From an uncultured Chloroflexia bacterium (GTDB lineage Bacteria; Chloroflexota; Dehalococcoidia; UBA2979), in NCBI GenBank assembly GCA_963728205.1, contig CAVSIV010000006.1:544001-608000 (forward strand): a DNA stretch of 64,000 nt, written 5' to 3'. The notes below the pieces were generated by a model. It did no database searches. It was not told the origin of the DNA and was given only the letters and a program-made list of their open reading frames with translations. The first letter of the stretch is position 1, and every line of letters starts with the position of its first letter. A program made the position numbers and the translations under genes. Positions 48,539-58,286 of the stretch are shown one piece after another.

Positions 48539-49771
48539 ATGGCGTCCCCCGCACCCGCCGCTCCGCCTCGCTTCGACGCGCGCCGCAACGTCAGCCTGTT
48601 CTCCCTCCTCGGGCTCGTGCGCGACTTCAGCCCGCTCGTCGGCATCTGGGTCGTCTACCTCACCGGCTACCGCCACCTCACGCTCACCGAGGTGGGCGTG
48701 CTCGACGGCGCGTTCTGGGTCGTGAAGCTCGTCGCGCAGGTGCCGAGCGGCCTGCTGGCCGACCGCTACAGCCGCCGCTCGATGGTGCTGGCCGGGACGG
48801 TGATCGAGGCGTCGGGCGTCGTCGCGTTCGGGTTCGCCGCGGGGTTCGGCATGCTGCTGCTGTCGTACGTGCTGTGGTCGATCGGGATGGCGCTGAAGAC
48901 CGGCAGCAACGACCAGGCGCTGCTCTACGACAGCCTCGCCTTCGGCGGGCGCCAGCAGGAGTTCGGCGACCGCTTCGGGCTGTACCAGGCGCTGGCGACG
49001 GTGGGTGCGCTCGGCGGGGGGCTGATCGGCGGGTTCGTCGCCGCGGCGCTCAACCTGCGCGTCGCGGTGCTTGCCGCGGTCATCCCCTACCTGCCGGCCG
49101 TGCTGATCCTGCTCGCGATGCGCGAGCCGCCACGCTCGGCCACCGTCACCGCGCCGTCGACGTACCTGGCCACGATCGTCGGCGGCCTGGGCGGGATGTG
49201 GCGCGACCGCGGCCTGCGCTACGCGGTGCTGTTCTCGATCGCGCTCAGCTCGTTCGCGCCGATCTTCTCGCTGCTGGCGCAGCCCTTCATGAGCACGCAC
49301 CTGGTGCCGCTCGCGCTGTTCGGGGTGCTCGGCATCCCGGTGCGCGTGCTCGACGCCGGCGCCGCCTTCGCGAGCGGCCGCCTCGCGCGTCGCATCGGGC
49401 TGCCGCGCACGCTCGCGGCCGCGCTCGTGGCGATGACCGTGGGGGTGGCGGTGCTCACCGGCGTCGACCACGTGGCGGCGTTCGCCGGGTTCGTGATCGC
49501 ATTCCCCGCGATCTCGCTCGCGCTGCCGGCGCTGGGCGGGTACGTGAACGACCGCACGGGGCAGCGGGTGCGGGCGACGGTGCTGTCGCTCACGCCGCTG
49601 GGGACGTCGTTCGCGTGGATCTTCGTGAGCGTGAGCGGCGGGGCGCTCGCCGAGCAGTCGCTGCAGCTGGCGTTCGGGGTGCTGGGCGCGCTGGTGGTGA
49701 TCGCGTCGGTGGTGACGTACGTGCTGTGGCTGCGCGCGGAGCGGCCGCGGCTGGAGCGGGCGGGACGGTGA
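48539..49771 (+). CDS. MFS transporter
   Basis: About 12 TM; VPSGLLADRYSRR, ALLYDSL, RATVLS. Confidence 0.9.
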   Translation: MASPAPAAPPRFDARRNVSLFSLLGLVRDFSPLVGIWVVYLTGYRHLTLTEVGVLDGAFWVVKLVAQVPSGLLADRYSRRSMVLAGTVIEASGVVAFGFAAGFGMLLLSYVLWSIGMALKTGSNDQALLYDSLAFGGRQQEFGDRFGLYQALATVGALGGGLIGGFVAAALNLRVAVLAAVIPYLPAVLILLAMREPPRSATVTAPSTYLATIVGGLGGMWRDRGLRYAVLFSIALSSFAPIFSLLAQPFMSTHLVPLALFGVLGIPVRVLDAGAAFASGRLARRIGLPRTLAAALVAMTVGVAVLTGVDHVAAFAGFVIAFPAISLALPALGGYVNDRTGQRVRATVLSLTPLGTSFAWIFVSVSGGALAEQSLQLAFGVLGALVVIASVVTYVLWLRAERPRLERAGR

Positions 49772-49810
49772 GGGGCCGCATCGGATGCGCGCGGGGCCAT
49801 CGACCGTTGG

Positions 49811-49921
49811 CAAGCGGCGGCAGCATGCCGACGATACCGGGGCGGGCACACGGCCCGCCTTTCCCACAGACGCCGCGACACCGAAGTGCCGCGGGACATC
49901 GGCGGCATGCTGCCGCCGCTT
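49811..49921. repeat. REP family A variant doublet (CAGCATG subtype)
   Basis: AAGCGGCGGCAGCATGCCG..ATCGGCGGCATGCTGCCGCCGCTT; a further single arm at 49982-50010. Confidence 0.8.
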
Positions 49922-50022
49922 GACACGGGCGATGGGGGCGCGGAACGCGCGCGCGGCGACGGCGGGCCGAAGGCCCGCCGTCTGTCGGCGGCATGTCTGC
50001 CGCCGCTTTGGGTTGGGCGCGG

Positions 50023-50283
50023 CTAGCGCGGCAGCGGGCGCCGGCGCTCCACCTCGACCACGTCGTCGTCGTCGTAGTCGCGGTACGAGCGGTCCCGGCG
50101 ACCCCAGAACCGCCACCGCGAGTCGGCGTCGACCATCATCAGCGACGTCAGCCAGCCGGCGAAGCCGACCACCATCAGAATCACGCCGACCGTCGTCAGG
50201 TCGATGCCGCGCGTCGTCACGGTCACCGCGAACGCGAGGATCGCGCCGACGGCAATCAGGATGATGCTCACGGTCAGGCCCAT
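50023..50283 (-). CDS. Small membrane protein (DUF6458-like)
   Basis: MGL.VSI.LIAVGAIL.FAV..GIDL..VGVILM.VG; AGAGG RBS. Confidence 0.82.
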   Translation of the reverse strand: MGLTVSIILIAVGAILAFAVTVTTRGIDLTTVGVILMVVGFAGWLTSLMMVDADSRWRFWGRRDRSYRDYDDDDVVEVERRRPLPR

Positions 50284-50329
50284 GAGCGCACCTCCTCTCC
50301 CGTCATCGCTCGCCCCGCCCCCGGATCGG

Positions 50330-50593
50330 TCACGAGAGCGTGCGACCGATGCGCGTGCTCTCCGTCGCGCGCAGCTGCGCGCCCTCCTCGGCCGTGAACG
50401 TGTGTCCGCAGCCCTCGCAGTGGTAGGAGGCGACGCGGTCGTCGTGGCCCATGTCCTCCGCGCGGTCCCACCGCGGGATCATCGTCACGTGCGGGCAGCT
50501 CGCGTCCATCTCGCGCGGGTCCGCCGGCGCCCGGTCGGCGCCCCGGCTGCGCTCCTCTGCGGCGTGTCGTCGGCTCAGTCCGCGAAGCTTCAT
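50330..50593 (-). CDS. Small zinc-ribbon-like protein
   Basis: CPH..IPRWD..DMG..YHCEGCGHTFT.EE; GGAG RBS. Confidence 0.7.
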   Translation of the reverse strand: MKLRGLSRRHAAEERSRGADRAPADPREMDASCPHVTMIPRWDRAEDMGHDDRVASYHCEGCGHTFTAEEGAQLRATESTRIGRTLS

Positions 50594-51168
50594 CGTCAGT
50601 GCTCCTCCGGGCCGCTCATCCGCCGCCGCCTCGAGTGAGGACGGCCGGCCCCGATGGTGGTGGTGCGACCCCTCTACTCGTTGAACGGAGCGCGCCCCGG
50701 CGCGTTGCTTGCATTCCTGTTGCAGCGCGCGCCCCGCCGGCGCGGCTCTCGGCGCCCCGGGGATGCCCTCGGCGCGGCCGGCGTGCCGCCCCCCGCGCCC
50801 GCGCCGCCGAGCCGCGGCGCGCGCCGATGCCGCGCTCGCGCCAGGTCGCGCGTGCTCGCCGGCACGGTCAACCGGGTGCGTTGCGGAATGCGTTCAGACC
50901 GGCGAACGGGCGCCCCGGCGTGTCGTTTTCGAGGCAGGGACCGCCGCAACACGGCCCCCGGGTGGACGCAGCGGGGAGCGGAACCATGGGCGTGATCGTG
51001 ATCTGTCTCGTCGTGCTGGCCGCGGGTATCGGCGCCGAGGTGGGCGCCGGCCTCGCCGTGAACAATCCGGGCGCGCGCGACGTCTTACCTCCCGGGGCGC
51101 GAACGCGATCGGGTCGCACCGCCCGCTGACCGCCGAGCCGGCAGCGGCGGCCACCGGCCGCCTGCTGT

Positions 51169-51301
51169 GTCGGCGGCGTATCCGCCGCCGCTTTGGGGGG
51201 GCGGATACCCGCCCGGCCGTGTCGGCGGCGTATCCGCCGCCGCTTTGGGGGGGCGGATGCCCGCCCGGGCCGGTCGGCGGCGTATCCGCCGCCGCTGTGG
51301 G
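51169..51301. repeat. Three tandem single arms of REP family A
   Basis: GTCGGCGGCGTATCCGCCGCCGCT x3 at about 52-nt period. Confidence 0.85.
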
Positions 51302-51647
51302 CGGGCGGATGCCCGCCCGGGCGAGAGGGAGCGCGATGCCCGCCACTGCACGCAGCCACCGCCCGGCACGCGGGCGCCACGCCGCGGCCTCCGGCGCGCA
51401 CGGGCCCGTGGCGGCCCGCCCGCGCGCGGGTGCGACGCAGCGCCGCCCCGCGTCGCACCCGCGCGCGATCTCGCGCGCATTCGCGAGCGCCGCCAGCCGC
51501 AAGGGAACTGATAGCGCGCGCTTCGAGCCCGTAACGGCTGCGTACCGCCCCCGTGCCTAACGTGAACTCCATCGATCGGCACGACCTCCGCCGCCCGACC
51601 GCGTCGCGGCGTGGGGGGTCGGCGTCCGCCTACCGGGGAGCGTACGC

Positions 51648-54305
51648 GTGATACCTGCATGGCAAGTGGCCCGCATGCGGCGCGACCGTCTCGCGCTGTC
51701 CGCGCACGAGCGCCGCGGCGACCTCGCGCTCCCGCTCTTCGCCGGCGCCGCCACGCTCTTCTTCGCCGTCGGCATCCTCGCGCTCGCCCTCTCGGCGATG
51801 GTCTCGATCGGCACGCCCTACGTCGCCGACGCCTCGCACATCGAGTCGCCCCAGCAGCTGATCTCGACCTTCTCCAAGGGCGGCGCGCGCATCTACGACC
51901 GCAACGGCACCCTGCTCTACCAGTTCGTCGACCCGTACGCCGGCCTGCGCCGGCCCGTCCCGCTCACCGACATCTCGCCGTGGCTCGTGAAGGCCACCGT
52001 CGCCGTCGAGGACCCGACGTTCTACACGAACCCCGGCTTCAGCCCGCGCGGGCTCGCGCGCGCCGGCTACGAGAACTTCGCGCCGTGGGCGCACAACGGC
52101 GACGTGCTGCAGGGCTCCGGCGGCTCCGGCATCACCCAGCAGCTCGCGAAGAACATCTACATCCCGCCCGACCAGCGCCTGGAGCGGTCGATCTCGCGCA
52201 AGCTCAAGGAGCTCGCGATCGCCGTGCAGCTCACGCGCGAGTACCCGAAGGACCAGATCCTCGGCTGGTACCTGAACTCGATCTCGTACGGCGGCATCTA
52301 CGTCGGCGCCGAGGCCGCCGCGCAGGGCTACTTCAGCGAGCACGCGAAGGACCTCACGCTCGGCCAGGCCGCGCTGCTCGCCGGCCTGCCGCAGTCGCCC
52401 GCCGCCTACGACCCCGTGGTCCACCCCGACGCCGCGCGCGCGCGGCGCGAGGAGGTGCTGCGGCTGATGGTCGAGCACGGCGCGATCACGCAGGCCCAGG
52501 CCGCGCAGGCCGCCACCGAGCCGATCCAGCTCCACAAGGAGCAGTTCAACATCCAGGCGCCGCACTTCGTCTTCGGCCCCGTCTTCGACGAGCTCAAGGC
52601 CCGCTTCGGCGAGAAGGCCATCTACAACGACGGCCTGATCGTCACCACCAGCCTCGACCTCCGCCTGCAGAACGCCGCGCAGGACATCCTCAACCAGGAC
52701 ATCGCCGCGCACGAGCAGGCCACCAACTCGCACAACGGCGCGATCGAGGCCGTCGACCCGAAGACCGGCGAGGTGCTCGTCTACCTCGGCAGCCGCGACT
52801 ACTTCGACGACTCCATCGACGGCCGCGTCGACAACATCCGCTCGCTCAACTCGCCGGGCTCGACCCTCAAGCCGTTCACCTACATGACCGCGTTCGAGAA
52901 GGGCTGGGGCACCGGCACCGGCATCCCCGACGAGCCGTTCGTCTACCACGACATCGGCTCCGGCAAGGACTTCCTGCCGGTCAACGCCGGCAAGGACTAC
53001 CAGGGGATCGCCACCGCCGCGACCGGGCTCGGCAACTCGTCGAACGTCGCCGCCGTGCACACCATCCTGTTCGCCGGCGTGCCCTCCGTGGTGAAGACGC
53101 TGAAGGCCGTCGGCTACACGACCTTCGAGGACCCGAGCATGTACGGCCCCGCCCTCACCGTCGGCGGCACCGACATCAAGCTCGAGGACAGCGTGATGGG
53201 CTACACGGTGCTCGCGAACGAGGGGATCATGCGCGGCGAGCGCACCCTGCAGCAGCGCCCGTCCGACGTCCGCCAGATCGACCCGGTGACGATCCTCGAC
53301 GTGAAGGACTCGACCGGGAAGGACCTCTACCACTTCGACCACCCGGTCGAGCAGCGCGTCGTCCCGGCCGCCGCCACGTACCTCGTGACGTCGATCCTCG
53401 ACGACGGCAAGAACACCTGCGTGACGTGGTGGTGCGGCGCGCTCAAGCTGACGAACGGCATGCCCTCCGCGGTGAAGACCGGCGCGAGCCAGCCGTACAT
53501 CGACTCCGACAACACCGGCGACACCTGGGCGCTCGGCTACACGAGCGAGCTCGTGGCCGGCGTGTGGGCCGGCAACTCGGACAACTCGCCGGCGCACGAC
53601 CTCTTCTCGACGACCATCGCGTGGCAGACGTGGAACGACTTCATGGTGAAGGCGCACGAGATCATGGGCGTCACCGCGAAGCCGTTCACCGAGCCGCCCG
53701 GCGTCGTGACGAAGGTCGTCTGCTGGCCGTCGGGCAACCTCGCGACGGGCGCCTGCCCGTCGAACCACCGCTACACGAGCCTGTTCCTCGCCGACGTGAA
53801 GCCCGCGGTCGACACGTGGTGGCACAACGGCCAGCTCGCGATCCCGGCGTCGTTCTGGGGCAACTCGCAGGGCCAGCTCGTGAACGCGGTCAAGGGCGGG
53901 CTGGGCAACGGCGAGCAGATGATCGGCGCGCCGGGCGCGGCGGCGACGCCGGCGGCGGCGCCCGCGCCGGCCCCTGCGCAGCAGACGGCCTCGAACACCG
54001 GCTCGACGACGACGGCCGCGAACGGCGGCGCAAGCATCATCTCGCCGGGCGACGGCGGGACCGTGAGCGGCATGATCTCGATCGCCGGCATCGCGCAGTC
54101 CGACCACTTCCAGAGCTACTACCTCGACGCCACCGCCGGCGCCGTCCACGTCGTGCTCGCGATGGGCCACGCCCCGGCGAGCGGCGTGCTCGCGACCTGG
54201 AACACCACCGGCGTGCCGAACGGCATGTACACGGTGCGGCTCGTCGTGCAGGACGCGCAGCGCGGCACGATGCTCTCGAGCATCCGCGTGACCGTGGCAA
54301 ACTGA
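51648..54305 (+). CDS. Class A penicillin-binding protein with C-terminal Ig-like domain
   Basis: Transglycosylase EDPTFY, GGSGITQQLAKN, RKLKE; transpeptidase STLK, SSN, KTG; start may be 51648 or 51675. Confidence 0.93.
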   Translation: MIPAWQVARMRRDRLALSAHERRGDLALPLFAGAATLFFAVGILALALSAMVSIGTPYVADASHIESPQQLISTFSKGGARIYDRNGTLLYQFVDPYAGLRRPVPLTDISPWLVKATVAVEDPTFYTNPGFSPRGLARAGYENFAPWAHNGDVLQGSGGSGITQQLAKNIYIPPDQRLERSISRKLKELAIAVQLTREYPKDQILGWYLNSISYGGIYVGAEAAAQGYFSEHAKDLTLGQAALLAGLPQSPAAYDPVVHPDAARARREEVLRLMVEHGAITQAQAAQAATEPIQLHKEQFNIQAPHFVFGPVFDELKARFGEKAIYNDGLIVTTSLDLRLQNAAQDILNQDIAAHEQATNSHNGAIEAVDPKTGEVLVYLGSRDYFDDSIDGRVDNIRSLNSPGSTLKPFTYMTAFEKGWGTGTGIPDEPFVYHDIGSGKDFLPVNAGKDYQGIATAATGLGNSSNVAAVHTILFAGVPSVVKTLKAVGYTTFEDPSMYGPALTVGGTDIKLEDSVMGYTVLANEGIMRGERTLQQRPSDVRQIDPVTILDVKDSTGKDLYHFDHPVEQRVVPAAATYLVTSILDDGKNTCVTWWCGALKLTNGMPSAVKTGASQPYIDSDNTGDTWALGYTSELVAGVWAGNSDNSPAHDLFSTTIAWQTWNDFMVKAHEIMGVTAKPFTEPPGVVTKVVCWPSGNLATGACPSNHRYTSLFLADVKPAVDTWWHNGQLAIPASFWGNSQGQLVNAVKGGLGNGEQMIGAPGAAATPAAAPAPAPAQQTASNTGSTTTAANGGASIISPGDGGTVSGMISIAGIAQSDHFQSYYLDATAGAVHVVLAMGHAPASGVLATWNTTGVPNGMYTVRLVVQDAQRGTMLSSIRVTVAN

Positions 54306-54350
54306 CGTCGTAGGACGCGGGCGTAAGCAGCGCGCGTGACGCGCGCTGTG

Positions 54351-54408
54351 CGCCGCGGGCGCCGCGGGCGCCGCGGGCGCCGCGGGCGCTGCGGGCGCTG
54401 CGGGCGCC
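54351..54408. repeat. 9-nt tandem repeat x6
   Basis: GC(C/T)GCGGGC. Confidence 0.8.
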
Positions 54409-54614
54409 CGGCGAGGCGATCCCCGGGGACACGGCCTACTTGCGCAAGACGGCGCGGCTGGTAGATTGCTGCCCGCGCGATCCATGGCGGCCGCGGTCGG
54501 GGGCCGATGTGGGCGGCAGGAGGAGACCTCCGGCGCTCCCGAGCGCTGAGAGCGCAACGGTCGGGCGGTTCGCGCGATTCTGATGGGCCGGTACTGGAGG
54601 AGGGTCGATTTTCC

Positions 54615-54884
54615 ATGCGCAAGCGCACCGTGTCGGTGGCCGTCGTCAGCATGCTGGCGGCATCCATGCTCTTCGCGGGCACCGCGTTCGCGGCCTCGCC
54701 GAACCACGCGGCGCCCGGCACGCCCGGCACCCCGGGCTGCGTCGGTCAGACGACCGCGTACCTCGCCCAGGCGGCGTCGACCGTCGACCTGGGCATCAAC
54801 CCCGGCATCGGCAACCTCGCGGACGCCGCGGGCCTCACCGTGGCGGAGGTGCACCAGGTGGTCATCGACTACTGCGGCAGCTAG
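54615..54884 (+). CDS. Small secreted protein with two Cys
   Basis: GGAGGAGG RBS; signal peptide ending AFA; PGTPGTPGCVGQT..GIGN..YC. Confidence 0.75.
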   Translation: MRKRTVSVAVVSMLAASMLFAGTAFAASPNHAAPGTPGTPGCVGQTTAYLAQAASTVDLGINPGIGNLADAAGLTVAEVHQVVIDYCGS

Positions 54885-55001
54885 TCGCGCCCGCTCGCCG
54901 GGCGGCCGCCGCGCGGCGAGCGGTCAGGACGGGGCCGGCGGAGACGCCGGCCTCGTTCGTGCCGAGCGGAAGCGGGCGCGCGCCCGGCACATCGAGACAG
55001 C

Positions 55002-55330
55002 AAGCCGGTCGGCTTCGGCTGGCCCGTCCTGCTCGCGTTCCTGCGGCTGTCGACCCGCCTCCAAATCTTCGCGCAGCCCTCGCGGCGACCGAGGCGTTCG
55101 ACGTGGTCGAGGGCTGGCTCGCGCAGCCTCACGCGCTCGTGCTGCATCCCGCCGAGCGGCACCTCAGCGTCCTGCGCGGTCCCCTCGAGCCCGTCGGGAC
55201 CGCCGGCAACCTCACGGCGGACGCACACCTCGCCGCCCTGGCAATCGAACACGGTGGCGAGGTGTGCTCGGCCGACGCCGACTTCGCGCGCTTCGCCGGG
55301 CTTCGCTGGAGCAACCCGCTCGCCACCTGA
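55002..55330 (+). pseudogene. VapC remnant lacking N-terminus, with one frameshift
   Basis: VGFGWPVLLAFLRLST..IF.QP then a frame change to EAFDVVEGWL..GNLTADAHLAALAIEHG..SADADFARF..WSNPL; no antitoxin. Confidence 0.78.
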
Positions 55331-55434
55331 AGCGGCGACGCGCATCGAGCGGCGTGGGCCGTGCCGGGCCACCGCGCCGGCACGGCGCGCCGTACCCTGC
55401 GGCGTGCGCGGGCGCGCGGCGAAAGGGGCACGGA

Positions 55435-56427
55435 ATGCGACTCGGTTTGCTGGCGGGGATGGGCACGGACTGGCGCGAGAGCCTGGAGAAGGTCCGCATC
55501 GCGGAGGACCTCGGGTACGAGCTCGTGGCGTCGGGCGAGGCGTGGAACGCGTCGTCGCTGCCGTGGCTCGCGGTGCTCGCCGCGAACACGACGAAGATCA
55601 CGCTCGGCACGTCGATCCTCAACGTCTACTCGCGCACGCCAGCCGCGATCGCGCAGGAGTACGCCGCGCTCGAGGAGATCTCGGGCGGCCGCATGATGCT
55701 CGGGCTCGGCTCGTCCGGCGCCTACGTGATCGAGCACTTCCACGGCGTGCCGTTCGACCGGCCGCTGCGACGGCTGCGCGAGTACGTCGAGATCTTCAAC
55801 ATGCTGATCGCCGGCGAGCCCCTCAACTACGAGGGGCAGGTCTTCCAGATGAGCCGCGGCTTCCGCATCGACTACGAGCGCCCGCGCGGCCACGTCCCCG
55901 TCTACATCGCCGGCATCACGCCGAAGTCGATCCGCCAGACCGCCGAGATCGCCGACGGCATCCTGCCCATCCACTGGCCGGCGCAGCACTTCGCGACGCT
56001 GCGCGCGGAGCTCGCGGAGGGCGCGCAGGCGGTCGGCCGCGACGCGTCCGCGATCACGATCGCGCCGCAGACGTACGTCTTCATCACCGACGGCACGAAC
56101 GACGACGAGCAGTGGGCGGCCGCGCGCAGGCCGCTGCAGTACTACATCAACCGCATGGGCGTCTTCTACTGGCAGATGCTCGAGCGCAACGGCTACGAGG
56201 CCGAGGTCGCGGCCTCGCGCGCGGCGTGGGCGGAGCGCGACGCCGCCGGCTCGATGGCCGCGATCAGCGAGCGCATGGTGCGCGACATCGAGGTGATCGG
56301 CCCGCTGGAGTCGGTCAAGGAGCAGCTCGAGGCGCGGTCGGAGCTGGGCGCGGAGCTGCAGCTGCTGCACATGCCGCCGGGCACGACGCAAGAGGTCGGG
56401 CGCGTGCTCGAGGCGTTCATCAAGTAG
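55435..56427 (+). CDS. LLM-class (probably F420-dependent) oxidoreductase
   Basis: AEDLGY..GEAW, LGTSILNVYSRTPA, GRMMLGLGSSG, EIADG. Confidence 0.9.
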   Translation: MRLGLLAGMGTDWRESLEKVRIAEDLGYELVASGEAWNASSLPWLAVLAANTTKITLGTSILNVYSRTPAAIAQEYAALEEISGGRMMLGLGSSGAYVIEHFHGVPFDRPLRRLREYVEIFNMLIAGEPLNYEGQVFQMSRGFRIDYERPRGHVPVYIAGITPKSIRQTAEIADGILPIHWPAQHFATLRAELAEGAQAVGRDASAITIAPQTYVFITDGTNDDEQWAAARRPLQYYINRMGVFYWQMLERNGYEAEVAASRAAWAERDAAGSMAAISERMVRDIEVIGPLESVKEQLEARSELGAELQLLHMPPGTTQEVGRVLEAFIK

Positions 56428-56581
56428 GCGGAGGCCGGTCGGTCGAGCGAGCTGCACGCCACCACAGCGGCGGCAGAGATGCCGCCGACAGCGCCGGTTG
56501 CGCCGAGCGAGCCGTCCGGCGCCCACAGCGGACTGCGGGTGAGGGGGCCGCTCGCTCGGCGGGGCTCGTCTCCGGCGGTGT

Positions 56582-57040
56582 TCAGCTGCCCGAGTCGGAG
56601 TCCAGGACCAGGACATCGAGCCCGTCGAACTGAGTGAACGCCCGGTCGGTCGTCACCAGCCGGTACTCGCCCGCGTCGGCGAACGCGGCGAGGTACGCAT
56701 CCATCCAGAGTTTCGGCGAGGCGCTGGGACGGAGCGCCCATGCGGGCCATCGCTCCTCGAGTCCGGGCGGTTCGTCCACCACGATGCCGACTCGGCCGTC
56801 GGCAGCAAGGGCCTCGTACGCAGCCCAGGCCTCCGCGTTCGTCAGGGGCGGGTTCCCGTACGGCGCCAGGACCGCGCGGTTGGTCAGGAGACGCAGCAGC
56901 GACTGCTGCGTCGCACGACAAAAGAGGATGCTGACCGGCGTGTCGACGGCATCGAACCAGTCGCGCGTGCGCGGGTGGTGGACATGCGCCGACAGCGTGA
57001 GCGCGAGCCACACGTTGGTGTCACAGAGGTACGTCGTCAC
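56582..57040 (-). CDS. vapC: PIN-domain toxin
   Basis: LCDTNVWLAL..HH, LRLLT, WMDAYLAAFA, LVTTDRAF. Confidence 0.9.
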   Translation of the reverse strand: MTTYLCDTNVWLALTLSAHVHHPRTRDWFDAVDTPVSILFCRATQQSLLRLLTNRAVLAPYGNPPLTNAEAWAAYEALAADGRVGIVVDEPPGLEERWPAWALRPSASPKLWMDAYLAAFADAGEYRLVTTDRAFTQFDGLDVLVLDSDSGS

Positions 57041-57318
57041 GCCGCGCCGCTCGGGTCGCTGGCGTTGCGCGCTTCCTCGTCCAGGAGCGCAGCCGCCGTC
57101 CGATCCGGCGTCATCTCCTGCTCGGGTCTTGCGGGATGTGCGCACATCACGAGCGGGAGGCGGACGCGCCTCCGCCCTGCCGGCGCCCCGCCCGCGTCCT
57201 GCGCCAGGCCGCGCTGCAGCAGGTCGGCAAAGACGTCCTTGAGGCGCCGGTTCTCGCGTACCGCGCGTAGCTTCACCTGGCGCACCAGATCGTCGGGAAG
57301 GTCGAGCGTGGTCTTCAC
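57037..57318 (-). CDS. VapB-type antitoxin (leaderless)
   Basis: KTTLDLPDDL..VKLRA; TG-N-TAAGCT 6 nt before GTG; GTGA overlap with the toxin. Confidence 0.85.
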   Translation of the reverse strand: MKTTLDLPDDLVRQVKLRAVRENRRLKDVFADLLQRGLAQDAGGAPAGRRRVRLPLVMCAHPARPEQEMTPDRTAAALLDEEARNASDPSGAA

Positions 57319-57552
57319 CGAGCCAGCTTACCAGCAACCCGGGGAAATGGGCGATCGGCGTTGACGCTCCGTCCGATGCGCCGCGCGCGCGAACGGTCGC
57401 TGGTGTATCTCGCTGGGGACGCGGAGCAGCTGCTGGCTCACACGGCCCGACGATGCCAGCGACCGCCTGGTCACACCAGACCAGCCGGCAGGATTGCGGG
57501 CCGGCACCGCGCGCCGACGTTTGCGTCACCGGTTCGCGCCACGCTCCGGCGT

Positions 57553-57762
57553 ATGGCGCACACACCAGACGAACCGGGCGGCGGCCACGGCGAGCGGAGC
57601 GCGGTCCCGGAGTCGCTCGATGGCGATCCCGCGCGCGGGATCCTGCTCGGCGTGCTCATCTCCGTGCTGTTTGTCTGGCTGCCGGCGCTGCTGATCGGGC
57701 GCGCGCTGCGGCGCGCGCTGTCGGCCGAGCGAAGGTCCGGCGCCGCGACGCCGGGGCGCTGA
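57553..57762 (+). CDS. Small membrane peptide, DGxPARGIL family (69 aa)
   Basis: ESLDGDPARGILLGVLISVLFVWLP; paralogous to 60743 and 62363. Confidence 0.72.
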   Translation: MAHTPDEPGGGHGERSAVPESLDGDPARGILLGVLISVLFVWLPALLIGRALRRALSAERRSGAATPGR

Positions 57763-57789
57763 GACCGCATCCAGCTGAGTCGCTCGACA

Positions 57790-57865
57790 CAAAGCGGCGG
57801 CAGACATGCCGCCGACAGATCGCGGCCGCAGGGCCGCGTCCCCCATCGGCGGCGTGTCTGCCGCC
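57790..57865. repeat. REP family A doublet
   Basis: Inverted arms, right arm truncated. Confidence 0.75.
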
Positions 57866-58072
57866 ACGGTGACGGCGACGCCGGCGTCACGTCTGCCAGG
57901 CGTTGCGCGCATGCCCCGGCGGTGCGACGGGGGAGTCCGAGGCCAGGGGGCGAAGAGGCGAGCGGAGGGCGCGCCGACGGCCGACTTCGCGCGAGGTCAC
58001 GGTGTTGCGCGGGCGGCGATAGCGGCGGCGAGAACGCCGCCGACCTGTCGGCGCCATGTCTGGCGCCGCTTT

Positions 58073-58254
58073 GGTGGCGCGGGGGCAACCCCGCGTGCCG
58101 GTGGCGCGGGGGCAACCCCGCGCGCCGGTGGCGCGGGGGCAACCCCGCTTTGGTGGCGCGGGGGCAACCCCGCGTGCCGGTGGCGCGGGCAACCCCGCGT
58201 GCCGGTGGCGCGGGGGCAACCCAGCGTGCCGGTGGCGCGGGGGGAACCCCGCGC
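58073..58254. repeat. ~27-nt tandem repeat x~7
   Basis: GGTGGCGCGGGGGCAACCCCGCGTGCC, each unit with a GCGGGG-GCAA-CCCCGC hairpin. Confidence 0.85.
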
Positions 58255-58286
58255 GTCAAGTGCGACCGCGCGTCCGCCCGCCCCGA

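Noticed and set aside
50986-51129. 47-aa hydrophobic peptide as a fourth DGxPARGIL paralogue
   Set aside because: Has an RBS-like GGGGAG and a TM-like stretch but lacks the motif; too weak to call.
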